DNA of 64,000 bases from Mobula hypostoma. Its lineage: Eukaryota. A program made the translations under genes and the position numbers. The notes under the pieces were generated by a model, which saw nothing but the letters and a program-made list of their open reading frames with translations, had not been told where the DNA came from and searched no databases. This document shows, piece by piece, positions 12,105-24,605 of this stretch; positions within the stretch are counted from its first letter, which is position 1, and every line of letters begins with the position of its first letter. The stretch covers positions 3,224,001 to 3,288,000 of the forward strand of contig NC_086097.1 in assembly GCF_963921235.1 (NCBI RefSeq), in the 5' to 3' direction.

Positions 12105-12610
12105 AGGCCACAAGGTGTAGGGACAGAATTAGGCCATTTGGCCCATCGAATCTGCTCTGCCATTTCATCATGGCTGATCCATTTCTGCCTCAACCCCAAT
12201 CTCCTGCCTTCTCCCCATAACCTTTGACACCCTGGCAAATCAAGACTATTGAAGCACCTTCAATTACTCCAAAAGACTGAGGTTTGGTAAAATACTGAAA
12301 GGCTTTTATTCGCTGTACAATACGACCTCCACAGTGAGTGTCTGCCCCCGGACTGAGGGGGAGGGGCAAGTCGAACCCCTTTATACAGGACTCTGTGGGA
12401 GGAGCCACAGGGGCAGTCAGCAGAGGGGTGTGTCCAGACAGGTAACCGAGTTACAACATATATACATGGTTTATCACAACTATATCAACCTCCTCTTTAA
12501 AAATACCAAATGACTTGGCCTCCTCAGTCGTCTGTGGTAATCAATTCCACAGATTCACTACACTCTAGCTATAGAAATCCCTGCTCCTCTGTTCTGAGGC
12601 TGTGCCCTCT
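12105..12610 (-). mobile_element. CR1 3' fragment interrupted by a solo LTR
   Basis: Reverse CR1 3' UTR (gaattaggccatttggcccatc); sequence is continuous across the LTR insertion. Confidence 0.8.
12250..12478 (-). mobile_element. Solo LTR (229 bp), Gypsy-like
   Basis: TG...CA termini; 5-bp TSD ACTAT (12245-12249 and 12479-12483); TATAAA and AATAAA on the minus strand in promoter-then-polyA order. Confidence 0.85.
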
Positions 12611-12939
12611 GGAATTTTATCATTACCTATTACACTGTACTGCTGCTGCACAACATATGCCAGTGATATTAAACCTGATTTGGATTCCGATGAAAACTAA
12701 ACTGTCTAAGTGGAAACAAATCAAGTAGTGGATGGATTGAACAATTGTGGAAAGTGAAACAAGTTAATAACTCAAGAATAAGAACAGATAATATTCGAGA
12801 TACTTGGCAGGTTAGGCAATGTTTGTGGAAAGTGGAATGCAGTTAATGCTCCTGAACGAATGCCCTTCGGCAGAATAATGCAAGCCTTTGTACATTTATC
12901 AGAGATTATCAAACCAAAGAGTCAGTTGTGATTTTATGG

Positions 12940-15900
12940 CTCGAGCTGTTGGGGAGGGTTTAAACTAATTTGGCAGGGGATGGGAACTCGAGTGATAGGG
13001 CTGAGGATGGGGCAGTTGTCATACAGGTAATCTTTTTTTCTTCTTTATTTCATTCCATATGTGTTAGGGCACAGTTACTGCAGTGAGAATGGCTCCAAGG
13101 GCATTGTTTTGTTCTGTTTGTGAGATGTGGAAATTCAGGGAGACCTCCAGCCTCCCAGATAACGACATCTGCACTAGATGCACCAAGCTGCCGCTCCTCA
13201 GAGAACGCAATAAGTAACTGGAGCTGCAATTCGAAGACCTTTGGCTCATACTGGAGAATGAGGAAGTGATAGACAGGAGCTACAGGGAGGTATTCGTCCC
13301 TAGGATGCAGGGGGCAGGTAACTGGGTGACTGTTGGGAGAAGGAAGGGAAGTGCACAGCCAGTGCTCAATACCGCTGTGGTTGTTCCGCTCGATAATAAA
13401 TCTATCACTTTGGATACTCTTGAGGGAAGTTGCAGTGTCCAGGTCTGTGGTGCTGTGGCTCAGGAGAAAAGAGGTGAGGAGGACTGCAGAGGTGATAGGA
13501 GACTCCACAGTCAAAGGAGTAGAGGCAGGATTTTGTAGGCATGATAGAGAAACCTGGATGGTATGTTGCCACCCATGGGATGTATCAGATCAGGTCCATG
13601 GCATTCTAAATGAGAAGGGTGAACAGCCAGAAGTCTAGGTACACATTGGCACCAATGACATGGGTAGGAAAGTTGAGGAGGTCCTCAAGTGAGAGCCCTA
13701 TAGAAAGCTGAAAACAGGACCTCCAGGGTAGTAATTGCTGGATTGCCAGTGAGAGTAAGAACAGGATGATTTGACAGGTGAATGTGTGGCTGCTGACCTG
13801 GTGCAGGGGGCAGAGGATCAGATTTATGGATCATTGGGATCTCTTCTGGGGAGGGTACGACCTGTGCAAAAGGGACAGACTTCATCTGGACCTAAGGGGG
13901 ACCAATATCTTTGCGGACAGGTTTTCCAGAGCTGTTCGGGAGGGTTTAAACTGATTTTGCAGGGGGATGGGAACTGGAGTGATAGTGCTGAAGATGAGGT
14001 AGTTGGTTTACAAACAAAGGCAATGTGTAGTGAGACTTCTAGCATGAATAGGCTGATGATAGGGCAAAATTGCAAAATCAGTGGGATGATTTGTAATGCA
14101 AAAGGTGGACAAAATCGAGAAGGGTGAATACAAGACTGAAGGTGTTATATTTGAATGTACGCCGTATATGGAATAAGGTAGATGAACTTGTAGCACAGTT
14201 ACAGATTGGCACGTGTGATGTTGTGGGTATCACTGAATCATGGACGAAAGAAGATTACAACTGGGAGCTCAATGTCCAAGGATACACATTGTATTGGAAG
14301 GACAGGCAGGTAGGCAGAGGGATGGTGTGAGTCCTGTTAAAAGATGAAATCACATCACTTTAAAGAGGTTAGAGGGTGTTGAATCATTGAGGGTAGAGCT
14401 AAGAAGCTGCAAGGGTAAAAAGATCCTGATGGGAGTTAATTACAGAACCCCAAACATTACTGAAGATGTGGTCTACAAATTACAAGAAATAGAAAATGCA
14501 TTTAAAAAGGGTACTGTTACAATTGTCATGGGGGATTTCAATATGCAGGAAGACTGGGAAAATCAGGTTGGTGTGAGATCCCAAGAGGGAGCATTTCTAG
14601 AATGCCAACAAGATGGTTTTTTTCGAAGAGATTGTGGTTGAGTCCACTAAGGGTTCAATTCTGGCGTTTCCTGTAAGAAGTTTGTACATTTATCTGGTGG
14701 ACTGTGTTGGCTTCCTCTGGGTGCTCCAGTCTCCTTCAACATTCTGTATCAGTATTATAGTGGCGAAAAAGGAATTACAGAGGCTTGAGAGAGGAGCTGG
14801 CCAAAATTCATTGGAAAGGAACACTGGCAGGAATGAAGGCAAAGTAGCAATGGTTGGAATTTCTGGAAGAAACTCAGAAGGCACAGGATATATACATCCC
14901 AAAGAGGAAGAAATATTCTAAAGGCAAGATGACACAACCGTGGCTGACAAGAAATCAAAGCCAACATAAAAGCCAAAGAGAGGACATATAATAGAACAAA
15001 AATTAGTGGGGAGTTAGAATATTGGGAAGCTTTTAAAAGCCAACAGAAGGCAACTAAAATTGACATAAAGAAGGAAAGGATGGAATACAAAGGTAAGGTA
15101 GTCAATAATATTAACGAGGTTACCAAAAGCTTCTTTAGATAAATAAAGTGTAAAAGAGATGTGAGAGTAGATATCTACTGGAAAATGATGCTGGAGAGGT
15201 AGTATGGGGACAAGGAAACGGTGGATGAAGTGAGTAAGTATTTTGCATCAGTCTTCACTGTGGAAGACACTAGCAGTATGCCAGAAGTTTGAGAGTGTCA
15301 GGGGGCAGAAGTGTGTGAAATTGCCATTACTTAAGGAGAAGGTTCTTGGGGTATACAGCAAGGGTTCCAAAAGAGGTGGCTGAAGAGATTGTGGAGGTAT
15401 TGGTAATAATCTTTCAAGAATCACTAGATTCTGGAATGGTTTCGGAAGACTGGAACATTTTAAGTGTCACTCCACCCTTTGGAGGGAATCAGAAGAAAAT
15501 AAATTATAGACCAGTTAGTTTGACCTCAATGCTTAGATAGATGTTGGAGTTGATTGTTAAGGATGTGGTCTCAGGGTACTTGGAGGCACATGATAAAATA
15601 GGTCGCAGTCAGCATAGTTTCCTTAGGGAAAAATCTTGCCTAACAAATCTGTTGGAATTCTTTGAAGAAATAGCAAGCAGGACAGCCAAAGGAGAATCGG
15701 TGGATGTTGCGTACTTGAGTTTTCAGAAGCCTTTGGCAAGGGCCACACATGAGGCTGCTTAACAAGCTATGAGCCCATGGAATTACAAGAAAGATTCTAA
15801 CATGGATAAAGCAGTGGCTGATTGGCTGGAGGCAAAGAGGAGGAATAAAGGGAGGCTTTTCTGGTTGGCTGCTGGTTGACTAGTGGGGTTCCACAGGGGT

Positions 15901-17080
15901 CTGTGTTGGGATCACTTTTTTTTACATTAAATGCCAATGACTTTGATGATGGAGTTGATGGCTTGTGGCCGTTTTGGAGGACAACATGCAGATGGGTGGA
16001 GCGGAAGATAGTTTTGAGGAAATAGGTTACAGAAGGCTTAGGAGAATGGGCAGAGAAATGGCAGATGGAATACAAAGAAAGGATGTGTATGGTCATGCAC
16101 TTTGGTAGAAGAAATAAAAGTCTAGACTATTTTCTAAATGGAGAGAAAATTCAAAAATCTGAGGTGCAAAGGGACTTGGGAGTCCTCGGTGCAGGATGCC
16201 CTAAAGGTTAATTTGTAGTGAGGAAGGCAAATACGATACTAGCATTCATTTTGAGAGGATTTGAATATAAAAACAAGGATCTAATGTCGAGGCTTTATAA
16301 GGCACTGCTGAGGCCTCACTTGGAGTGTTGTGAACGGTTTCCGTTCTCTTGTGAATCCTAGAAGAAAGGATGTGCTGATTTTGGTGAGGGTTCAAAGGAG
16401 GTTCACAAAAATTATTCTGGGATTGAAAGGCTTGTCATATGAAGAGAGTTTGATACCTCCAGGCCTCGACTCACTGGAATTTGGAAGAATGAGAGGTGAC
16501 CTCGTTGCAAGCTGTCAAATGTTGAAAGGCTGCGACAGAGTGGATGTGAAGCGGATGTTTCCTATGGTGGGGGAGTCTAAGACAAACGGATGTAGGATAA
16601 GAATAGAGAGGTATCCTTTTTAGAAAGGAGATGAGGAGGATTTCTTTAGTCAGACAGTGGTGGATCTGTGGACTTTTTGCCACAGACAGCCATAGAGGCC
16701 AAGTCTGTGTGTATATTTAAGGTAGAGATGGATAGATTCTTGATTGGTCAGGGCATGAAGGGATATGGGAAGAAGGCAGAAGATCGGGGACTTGATGGGC
16801 CAAATGGCCTAATCCTAATCTTGCAACACACATCAAAGTCGCTGGTGAACGCAGCAGGCCAGGCAGCATCTCTAGGAAGAGGTATAGTCGACGTTTCGGG
16901 ACGAGACCCTTCGAAGGGTCTCAGCCCGAACCGTCAACTGTACCTCTTCCTAGAGATGCTGCCTGGCCTGCTGCGTTCACCAGCAACTTTGACGTGTGTT
17001 GCTTGAATTTCCAGCATCTGCAGAATTCCTCGTGTTTACGTTTTTAATCCTAATCTTATAATTTATGGTTTTATGGTCTT
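12940..17080 (+). mobile_element. Near full-length decayed CR1 LINE (ORF1 Zn-finger/zipper/SGNH esterase; ORF2 APE-RT)
   Basis: CSVCEMW...ICTRC, VIGDSTVKG, HIGTND in ORF1; LYLNVRRI, GITESW, VMGDFN, NYRPVSLT, GVPQGS, RVQRRFTK in ORF2; CR1 3' UTR. Confidence 0.9.
16823..17044. mobile_element. Penelope pLTR-derived foldback (90-bp arms) with 13-bp TSD
   Basis: Arms 16823-16912 and 16913-17002 are near-perfect reverse complements; TSD TAATCCTAATCTT at 16810-16822 and 17045-17057. Confidence 0.9.
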
Positions 17081-17084
17081 AAGA

Positions 17085-19995
17085 TGTAACGTCCAGTGAG
17101 ACTGTGAGGAAGGACAGGCAGCTGATAGGCCAAAACTGCAGTTAGTGGGATGAGCTAAAGTGTAATGGGGTGAGGCATAATTGAAAAAGGGTGATGGATA
17201 CAGGACTGAAGGTGTTATATTTGAATGCACGCTCTACATGGAATTAAGTAGATAATCTTGTATCGTATTTAGAAATTGACAGGTGTGATGTTGTGGGAGT
17301 CGTGGCTGAAAGAAGATCATAGTGGGGAGCTTAACATCCAAAGCTATACAATGTATCAAAAAGATGGGCAGGTAGGCAAAGGGTAGCTGTGATGGTGTAA
17401 AATAAAATCTAATCTTTCGAAATAGGATCAGAAGATATTGAACCCTTGTGTGTAATGTTAAGAAATGGCAAGGGTAAAAAGACCCTGATGGGAGCTATGT
17501 ACATACGGTGCTGGGTATAAAGTCCTTGGCAGTGGACTGAGCTTTGTGCTTCACATGCTTTTGCAAAAGAGTTGTTGATGAAATCGCCATGAGGAAAGCA
17601 GCCAGTGGGCTGCCTGGTGTTTCACTTTACCCTGTTGAGGTTTTCCACTTCATTCCAGCAGTAGTCATCAGAAATGTGACAGAAGTGACTAGTATGTATA
17701 ATTACACAATAGTATGTGGTGATACACTGGTATAACCACGCGGCTGTTATTCATCAGTAATACGAGGGGTTCTACAGATGCTGAAAATCCAGAGCAACAC
17801 TCACAAAATGCTGGAGGTCAGGCACCATCCATAAAAATGAATAAACAGCTGATGTTTTGGGCTGAGATGCTTCTTCAGGACTGGAGATATTCACCAGTAG
17901 ATTGAGAGGAGATTTGATAGAGGTATACAAAATTATGAGGGGTATGTGCAAGCAGGCTTTTTCCACTGAGGCTGGGTGGGACTACAGCTAGAGGTCACGT
18001 GTTCTCAGTGAACAGAATAAAGTTTAAGGAAACATGAGGGAAACTTATTCACTCAGAGGATTCTGAGAGAGTGGAACAAGCTGCCAGCACAAGTGGTGCA
18101 TGCGAGCGTGATTTCAATCTTTAAGAGAAGTTTGCATAGGTACATGGATGGTAGGAGTATGGAGAGCTTTTCGTACGAGTGCAGGTCAATGGGAGTAGGC
18201 AGTTTAAATGGTTCAGTATACATTAGATGGGTCAAATGGCCTGCTTCTGTGCTGTACTTTTCTAGGACTCTATGAACAGGACTCCAAACAGTAGCCAGCA
18301 TGTGGGATACAAATTATGAGAAATTGAAAAGGCATATAAAAAGGGCAATGTTGCGATAGACATGGGGGATAGTGTGAAGGTAGATTGGGAAAATCAGGTT
18401 GGCAATGGATCCCAAGAGAGGGAATTTGCTGAATGCTTATGAGATGACCTGTTGTTCAATCTACTGGATTTGTGTTATGTAATGAAGTAGACTTGGTTAG
18501 GGAGTTTAAGGTAAAGGAACCTTTAGGAGCCAGTGTTCATAATGTGATATAACTCACCCTGCAATTTGAGAGGGAGAAGCTAAAGTCAGATTACTGAGGG
18601 ATGGGAGAGGTGCTGTCCAAAGTTATTTGGAAAGGAAAACCAACAGGGATGACAGCAGAGCAGCAATGGCTGGTGTTTCTGGGGGAAATTCAGAAGGCAC
18701 AGGGTAGATGCATTCCAAAGATATAGAAGTATTCTAAAGGGAAGATGAGGCAACTGAGGCTGACAAGGGAAGTGAAAGACAGCATAAAAGCAAAAGAGAG
18801 GGTATATAATACCACAAAAATTAACGGAATGTTAGAAGCTTTTAATAACCAACAGAAGACAACTAAATAAGCCATAAGGAGAGAAAAGATGAAATTTGAA
18901 GATAAGCTAGCCAATATTATCAAAGAGGATACCAAAATGTTTTTTTCAGATATATAAGGTGTAAAAGAGATGAGAGTGGATATCGGACTACTGGAAAATG
19001 GTGCTGGAAAGGGAGCAATGGGGGACAAAGAAATGGCAGAGAAACTTCATTATTTTGTGTCAGTCTTCACTGTGGACAATACTAGCGGTATGCTAGAAAT
19101 TGGAGAGTGTCGGGGGGCAGGAGTGTGTGAAGTTGCTATTACTACAGAGAAGGTGCTTCAAAAGCTGAAAAGTTTAAAGATAGATAAATCTCATGGACTG
19201 GACGGACTACACCACAGGGTCTGAAAGAGGTGACTGAAGAGACTGTGGTGGCATTAGTAATAATTGCTCAAGAATCACTAGATTCTGTAACAGTTCAGTA
19301 GGGCCGTGGGATACCAACCCACTGCCCTTTACTGTGCATATTGTCTTGTTTATTATTTATTGTGATGCCTGCACTATTTTGTGCACTTTGTGCAGTCCTT
19401 GGTAGGTCTGTAGTCCAGTGTAGTTTTGTGTTGTTTTTCATAGTTCAGTGTAGTTTTTGTATTGTTCATGTAGCACCATGGTCCTGAAAAATGTCGTCTC
19501 GTTTTTACTGTGTACTGTACCAGCAGTTATGGTCGAAGTGACAATAAAAAGTGACTTGACTTGACTGGAAAATTGCAAATGTCACTCCACTCTTCAGAAG
19601 GGAGAGAGGCAGAATATAGGAAGCTATCAGCCAGATAGTCTGACCTCAGTGGTTGGGAAGATGTTGGAGTTGATTATTAAGGATGAGGTCTTAGGGTACT
19701 TGGAGACACATGATGATATAACCATATAACAATTACAGCACGGAAATAAACCATCTCGGCCCTTCTAGTCCGTGCCGAACTCTTACTCTCACCTAGTCCC
19801 ACCGACCTGCACACAGCCCATAACCCTCCATTCCTTTCCTGTCCATATATCTAACCAATTTAACTTTAAACGACAATATTGAACCTGCCTCAACCACTTC
19901 TGCTAGAAGCTCGTTCCACACAGCTACCACTCTCTGAGTAAAGAAGTTCCCCCTCATGTTACCCCTAAACTTTTGCCCTTTAACTCTCAACTCAT
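17085..19995. mobile_element. Cluster of CR1 fragments (+ strand EN and linker pieces; - strand 3' end at 19715-19995) with a decayed PLE terminus at ~17770-17885
   Basis: CR1 motifs YFVSVFTV, KSHGLDGLH, NFFTQRVVAVWNEL; PLE terminus cagatgctgaaaatcc...ttcaggact. Confidence 0.75.
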
Positions 19996-20049
19996 GGCTG
20001 AAGTCAGCATGGTTTCCTCAAGAGAATTCTCGGAAGAAGTAACAAGTCC

Positions 20050-21264
20050 GGAAGAGGAAAGGAGTTAAGGAGCCAGTGCAGATTACCCCTGTGGCTATCC
20101 CCCTCAACAAGAGATAGATCACTTTGGATAATGTTGGGGGCTGACCAAGCAGAGGATAGTCACAGTGGTTGGGTCTCTGGCATTGAGTCTGCCTCTGTGA
20201 CTCAAAGGGAAGTGGGAGAAGTGGTGTGCTGTGATCTTAGGGTTTTCCTCAGTTAGGGGACTGGCCAGGAGGTTCTGTGGGCAAGAACGAGATTTTCAGA
20301 TGGTTAGTTTCCTCCCAAGTGCCAGGGTCTGGAACATCTAAGATTGAGTCCTCAGCATTTTTAATTAAGAGGGTGAACAGCCAGAAGTTGTCGTCTATAT
20401 AGGTACCAATAATGTGGGTAGGGTGAATGATGAGGTTCTGAAAATAGGGAGTTCAGGGAGTTGGATGCTAAGTTAAAGGGCAGGACCTCCAGGGTTGTGA
20501 TCTCTGGATTGTTACCTGTGCTACATGCTGGTGAGGCTAGAACCAGGAAGATTGTGTAGTTTAACACGAGGCTAAGAAGTTGGTGCAGGACGGACGGCAT
20601 AAGATTTTCGGATCACTGGGTTCTCTTCCAGGGAATGTGGGACCTGTATAAAAGGGATGGCTTGTACCTGAATTGGAGGGCAACTAAAATCCTCGTAGGA
20701 AGTTTTGTTAATGCTGCAGAGTGGGGTTTAAACTGGAGTTGCAGGGGGATGGGAACCAGAGTGGCAGAACAGTTCGTGGAGAGGTTGTGGAGACAAATGT
20801 TGGTAAGATCTCAGACAAAGTCAGGAATGAAAAGTTTGAGCATGGTGCAACAGGTGTCCTGAGCTGCATAGGTTTCAATGCAAGAGGTATCGTAGGAAAG
20901 GTGAATGAGCTCAGGGCATGGATCAACACCTGGAATTACAAAGTTGTAATGACTTCATTGCAGGAGGGGCAGGACTGGCGGCTCAATATTTTGAGTTTCT
21001 ATTGTTTTAGATGTGACAGAGCGGGAGGGATTAAAGGAGGAAGGGTGGTGTTACTAGTCAGGGAAAATGTCACAGTAATGCTCAGTCAGGATAGACAGGA
21101 GAACTCTACTAGTGCGGCATTATGGGTGGAACTGAGAAATAAGAAACATATGACCCTGTTAATGGGGCAATATTACAGACCACCCAGCAGCTCCAGGGCT
21201 TTAGAGGCACAAATTTGTAAAAGAGATCGCAGACTGTTGCAAGAAACATAAGGTTGTTATAGGA
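20050..21264 (+). mobile_element. CR1 ORF1 esterase end plus ORF2 endonuclease start
   Basis: DLYKRDGLYLN, FNARGIVGK, RCDRAGGIKGG, YYRPPSS. Confidence 0.85.
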
Positions 21265-22695
21265 ACACATATCAAAGTTGCTGGTGAACGCAGCAGGCCA
21301 GGCAGCATCTCTAGGAAGAGGTGCAGTCGACGTTTCAGGCCGAGACCCTTCGTCAGGACTAACTGAAGGAAGAGTGAGTAAGAGATTTGAAAGTTGGAGG
21401 GGGAGGGGGAGGGGGAGATCCAAAATGATAGGAGAAGACAGGAGGGGGAGGGATAGAGCCGAGAGCTGGACAGGTGATTGGCAAAAGGGATACAAAAGGA
21501 TCATGGGACAGGAGGTCCGGGAAGAAAGACAAGGGGGTGGGGGGGAGAAAGCCTAGAGGATGGGCAAGGGGTATAGTGAGAGGGACAGAGGGAGAAAAAG
21601 GAGAGTGAGAGTAAGAATGTGTGCATAAAAATAAGTAACAGATGGGGTACGAGGGGGAGGTGGGGCATTAGCGGAAGTTAGAGAAGTCAATGTTCATGTC
21701 ATCAGGTTGGAGGCTACCCAGACGGAATATAAGGTGTTGTTCCTCCAACCTGAGTGTGGCTTCATCTTTACAGTAGAGGAGGCCGTGGACAGACATGTCA
21801 GAATGGGAATGGGATGTGGAATTAAAATGTGTGGCCACTGGGAGATCCTGCTTTCTCTGGCGGGCAGAGCGTAGGTGTTCAGCAAAGCGGTCTCCCAGTC
21901 TGCGTCGGGTCTCGCCAATATATAAAAGGCCACATCTTGAGCACCGGATGCAGTATATCACCCCAGCCGACTCACAGGTGAAGTGTCGCCTCACCTGGAA
22001 GGACTGTTTGGGGCCCTGAATGGTGGTAAGGGAGGAAGTGTAAGGGCATGTGTAGCACCTGTTCCGCTTACACGGATAAGTGCCAGGAGGGAGATCAGTG
22101 GGGAGGGATGGGGGGGAATGAATGGACAAGGGGGTCATGTAGGGAGTGATCCCTACGGAAAGTGGGGGTGGGGGGAGGGAAAGATGTGCTTAGTGGTGGG
22201 ATCCCGTTGGAGGTGGCGGAAGTTACGGAGAATAATATGTTGGACCCGGAGGCTGGTGGGGTGGTAGGTGAGGACCAGGGGAACCCTATTCCTAGTGGGG
22301 TGGCAGGTGGATGGAGTGAGAGCAGATGTACGTGAAATGGGGGAGATGCGTTTAAGAGCAGAGTTGATAGTGGAGGAAGGGAAGCCCCTTTCTTTAAAAA
22401 AGGAGGACATCTCCCTTGTCCTAGAATGAAAAGCCTCATCCTGAGAGCAGATGCGGCGGAGACGGAGGAATTGCGAGAAGGAGATGGCATTTTTGCAAGA
22501 GACAGGGTGAGAAGAGGAATAGTCCAGATAGCTGTGAGAGTCAGTAGGCTTATAGTAGACATCAGTTGTCTCCAGAGACAGAGACAGAAAGATCTAGAAA
22601 GGGGAGGGAGGTGTCGGAAATGGACCAGGTAAACTTGAGGGCAGGGTGAAAGTTGGAGGCAAAGTTAATAAAGTCAACGAGCTCTGCATGCGTGC
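21265..22695 (-). mobile_element. 5'-truncated Penelope-like element (Neptune type): RT C-terminus, Cys linker, GIY-YIG endonuclease, pLTR
   Basis: CKRNRCYTC, GVIYCIRCSRCGLLYIGET, RFAEH, LEEQHLIFRLGSLQPDDMN; 14-bp TSD AGGTTGTTATAGGA at 21251-21264 and 22696-22709. Confidence 0.92.
21324..21361 (-). ncRNA. Minimal type-I hammerhead ribozyme in PLE pLTR
   Basis: Minus strand UAGUC-CUGACGA-AGGGUCUCGGCCU-GAAA-CGUC-GACUG: helix I UAGUC/GACUG, both core boxes, ACGU palindrome as helix III, GUC triplet. Confidence 0.85.
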
Positions 22696-22719
22696 AGGTT
22701 GTTATAGGAGGTAATTTTA

Positions 22720-23534
22720 CCTGCTCTACTCCTCTGTACTCATGACTGTGTGGCTCAGTATAACTCAAATGATACCTGTAAGTTTGTTGATGGTACAACC
22801 TTTGTTGGTAGAATTTCAGATGAAGAAGAAATGAAATATAGCAGCTAGTTAAGCGGTGTCACAGCAACGACTTTCCACTCAATGTCTGTAAGACGGAAGA
22901 GTTGGATGTGGAGTTCAGGAAGGGTAAGACGAGGTAACACGAACCAATCCTTATGGAGGGATCAGAAGTGGAGAGAGTGAGCAGTTTCAAGTTCCTGGGT
23001 GTCAAGATCTCTGAGGATCTAACCTGGTCTCAACATACCGATGCAGCTATAAAGAAGGCGAGACAGCAGCGATATTTCATTAGGAGTTTGAAGAGACTTG
23101 GTTTGACACCTAAATATTCAAAAATTTATAAAGATGTACTGTGGAGAGCATTCTGACAGGCTGCATCACTGTCTGATATGGGGGAGGGGAGCTACTGCAC
23201 AGGACCGACCGAAAGAAGCTATAGAAAGTTGTAAAATTAATCAGCTCTGTCTTGGGTACTAGTCTCCATAGAATCCAGGAGATCTTCAAGGAGTGGTGAC
23301 TTGGAAAGGTAGCGTCCCTTATTAAAGACCCCATCACCCAGGACATACCTTCTTCTCACTGTTACCATCATGAAGGAGATACAGAAGCCTGAAGGCACAC
23401 ACTCAGCGATTCAGGAACAGCTTCTTCCCCTCTGCCATCCAATTCCTAAGTGGGCTTTGAACCCATGAACGCTGCCTCACTTTTTTTTATATATATTGTT
23501 TCTGCTTTGCACTATATTTTCAAACTATTTAAGA

Positions 23535-23566
<32 letters not shown>

Positions 23567-23690
23567 GTTTAATTTATTTACCAATTTATTTTTTTCTTTC
23601 TGTATTATCATGTATGGCATTGTACTGCTGCTGCTGCTGCTAGGTTAACAAATTTCACATGCTGGTGATAATGAACCTGGTACTGATTCT
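22720..23690 (+). mobile_element. Rex1/Babar LINE 3' fragment
   Basis: EVERVSSFKFLGVKISEDLTWSQH, RQQRYFIRSLKR; 3' tail ...ctgattctga. Confidence 0.85.
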
Positions 23691-23744
23691 GACTGGGGTG
23701 TAGTGGACAGTGAGAAAGGCTACCATGGCTTGCAGAGGGACTTG

Positions 23745-24605
23745 ATTTGACTTTATTTCTTAAATCCTTCACATACATACATGAGCAGTAAAAATCTTTA
23801 CACTATGTCTCCATCTGAATGTGCAATTTATAGTAATTTGTAATATATAGTATGTACAACAGGACAGTCAATATAACATAGAAATACAATTTTATCAGCG
23901 TGAATTAATCAGTCTGATGGCCTGGTGGAAGAAGCTGTCCCGGAGCCTGCTGGTCCTGGCTGCAGTACCGTTTCCCGGATGGTAGCAGCTGGAACAGTTT
24001 GTGGTTGGGGATGACTGGGGTCCCCAATGATCCTTTGGCCCCTTTTTACGCACCTGTTGCTGTAAATGTCCTGAATAGTGGGAAGTTCACATCCACAGAT
24101 GTGCTGGGCTGTCTGTACCACTTTCTGCAGAGTCATGCGATTGAGGGAAGTACAGTTCCCATACCAGGGAGTGATGCAGCCAGTTAGGATGCTCTCAATT
24201 GTGCGCCTGTAGAGAGTCCTTAGGATTTGGGGACTCATTCTAAACTTCTTCAACCATCTGAGGTGAAAGAGGTGCTGTTGTGCTTTTTTTTACCACACAA
24301 CCGGTATGTATAGACCACGTGAGGTCCTCAGTGATGTGTATGTTGAGGAACTTAAAGCTGTTCACCCTCTCAACCCCAGATCTATTCGTGTCAATAGGAG
24401 TTAGTCTGTCTATTCCTCCTGTAGTCCACAACCAACTCCTTGTTTTTGCGACATTGAGGGAGAGGTTGTTTTCTTGACACCACTATGTCAGGGTGATGAC
24501 TTCTTCTCTGCAGGCTGCCTGTTTATTATTTGAGATAAGGCTAATCAATGTAGTATCATCTGCAAATTTAATTAGCAGATTGGAGCTGTGGGTGGCCACA
24601 CAGTT
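23745..24605 (-). mobile_element. Rex1/Babar LINE 3' fragment inserted in CR1
   Basis: ERVNSFKFLNIHITEDLTWS, TIESILTGCITPWYGN; flanked by contiguous CR1 RT sequence. Confidence 0.85.
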
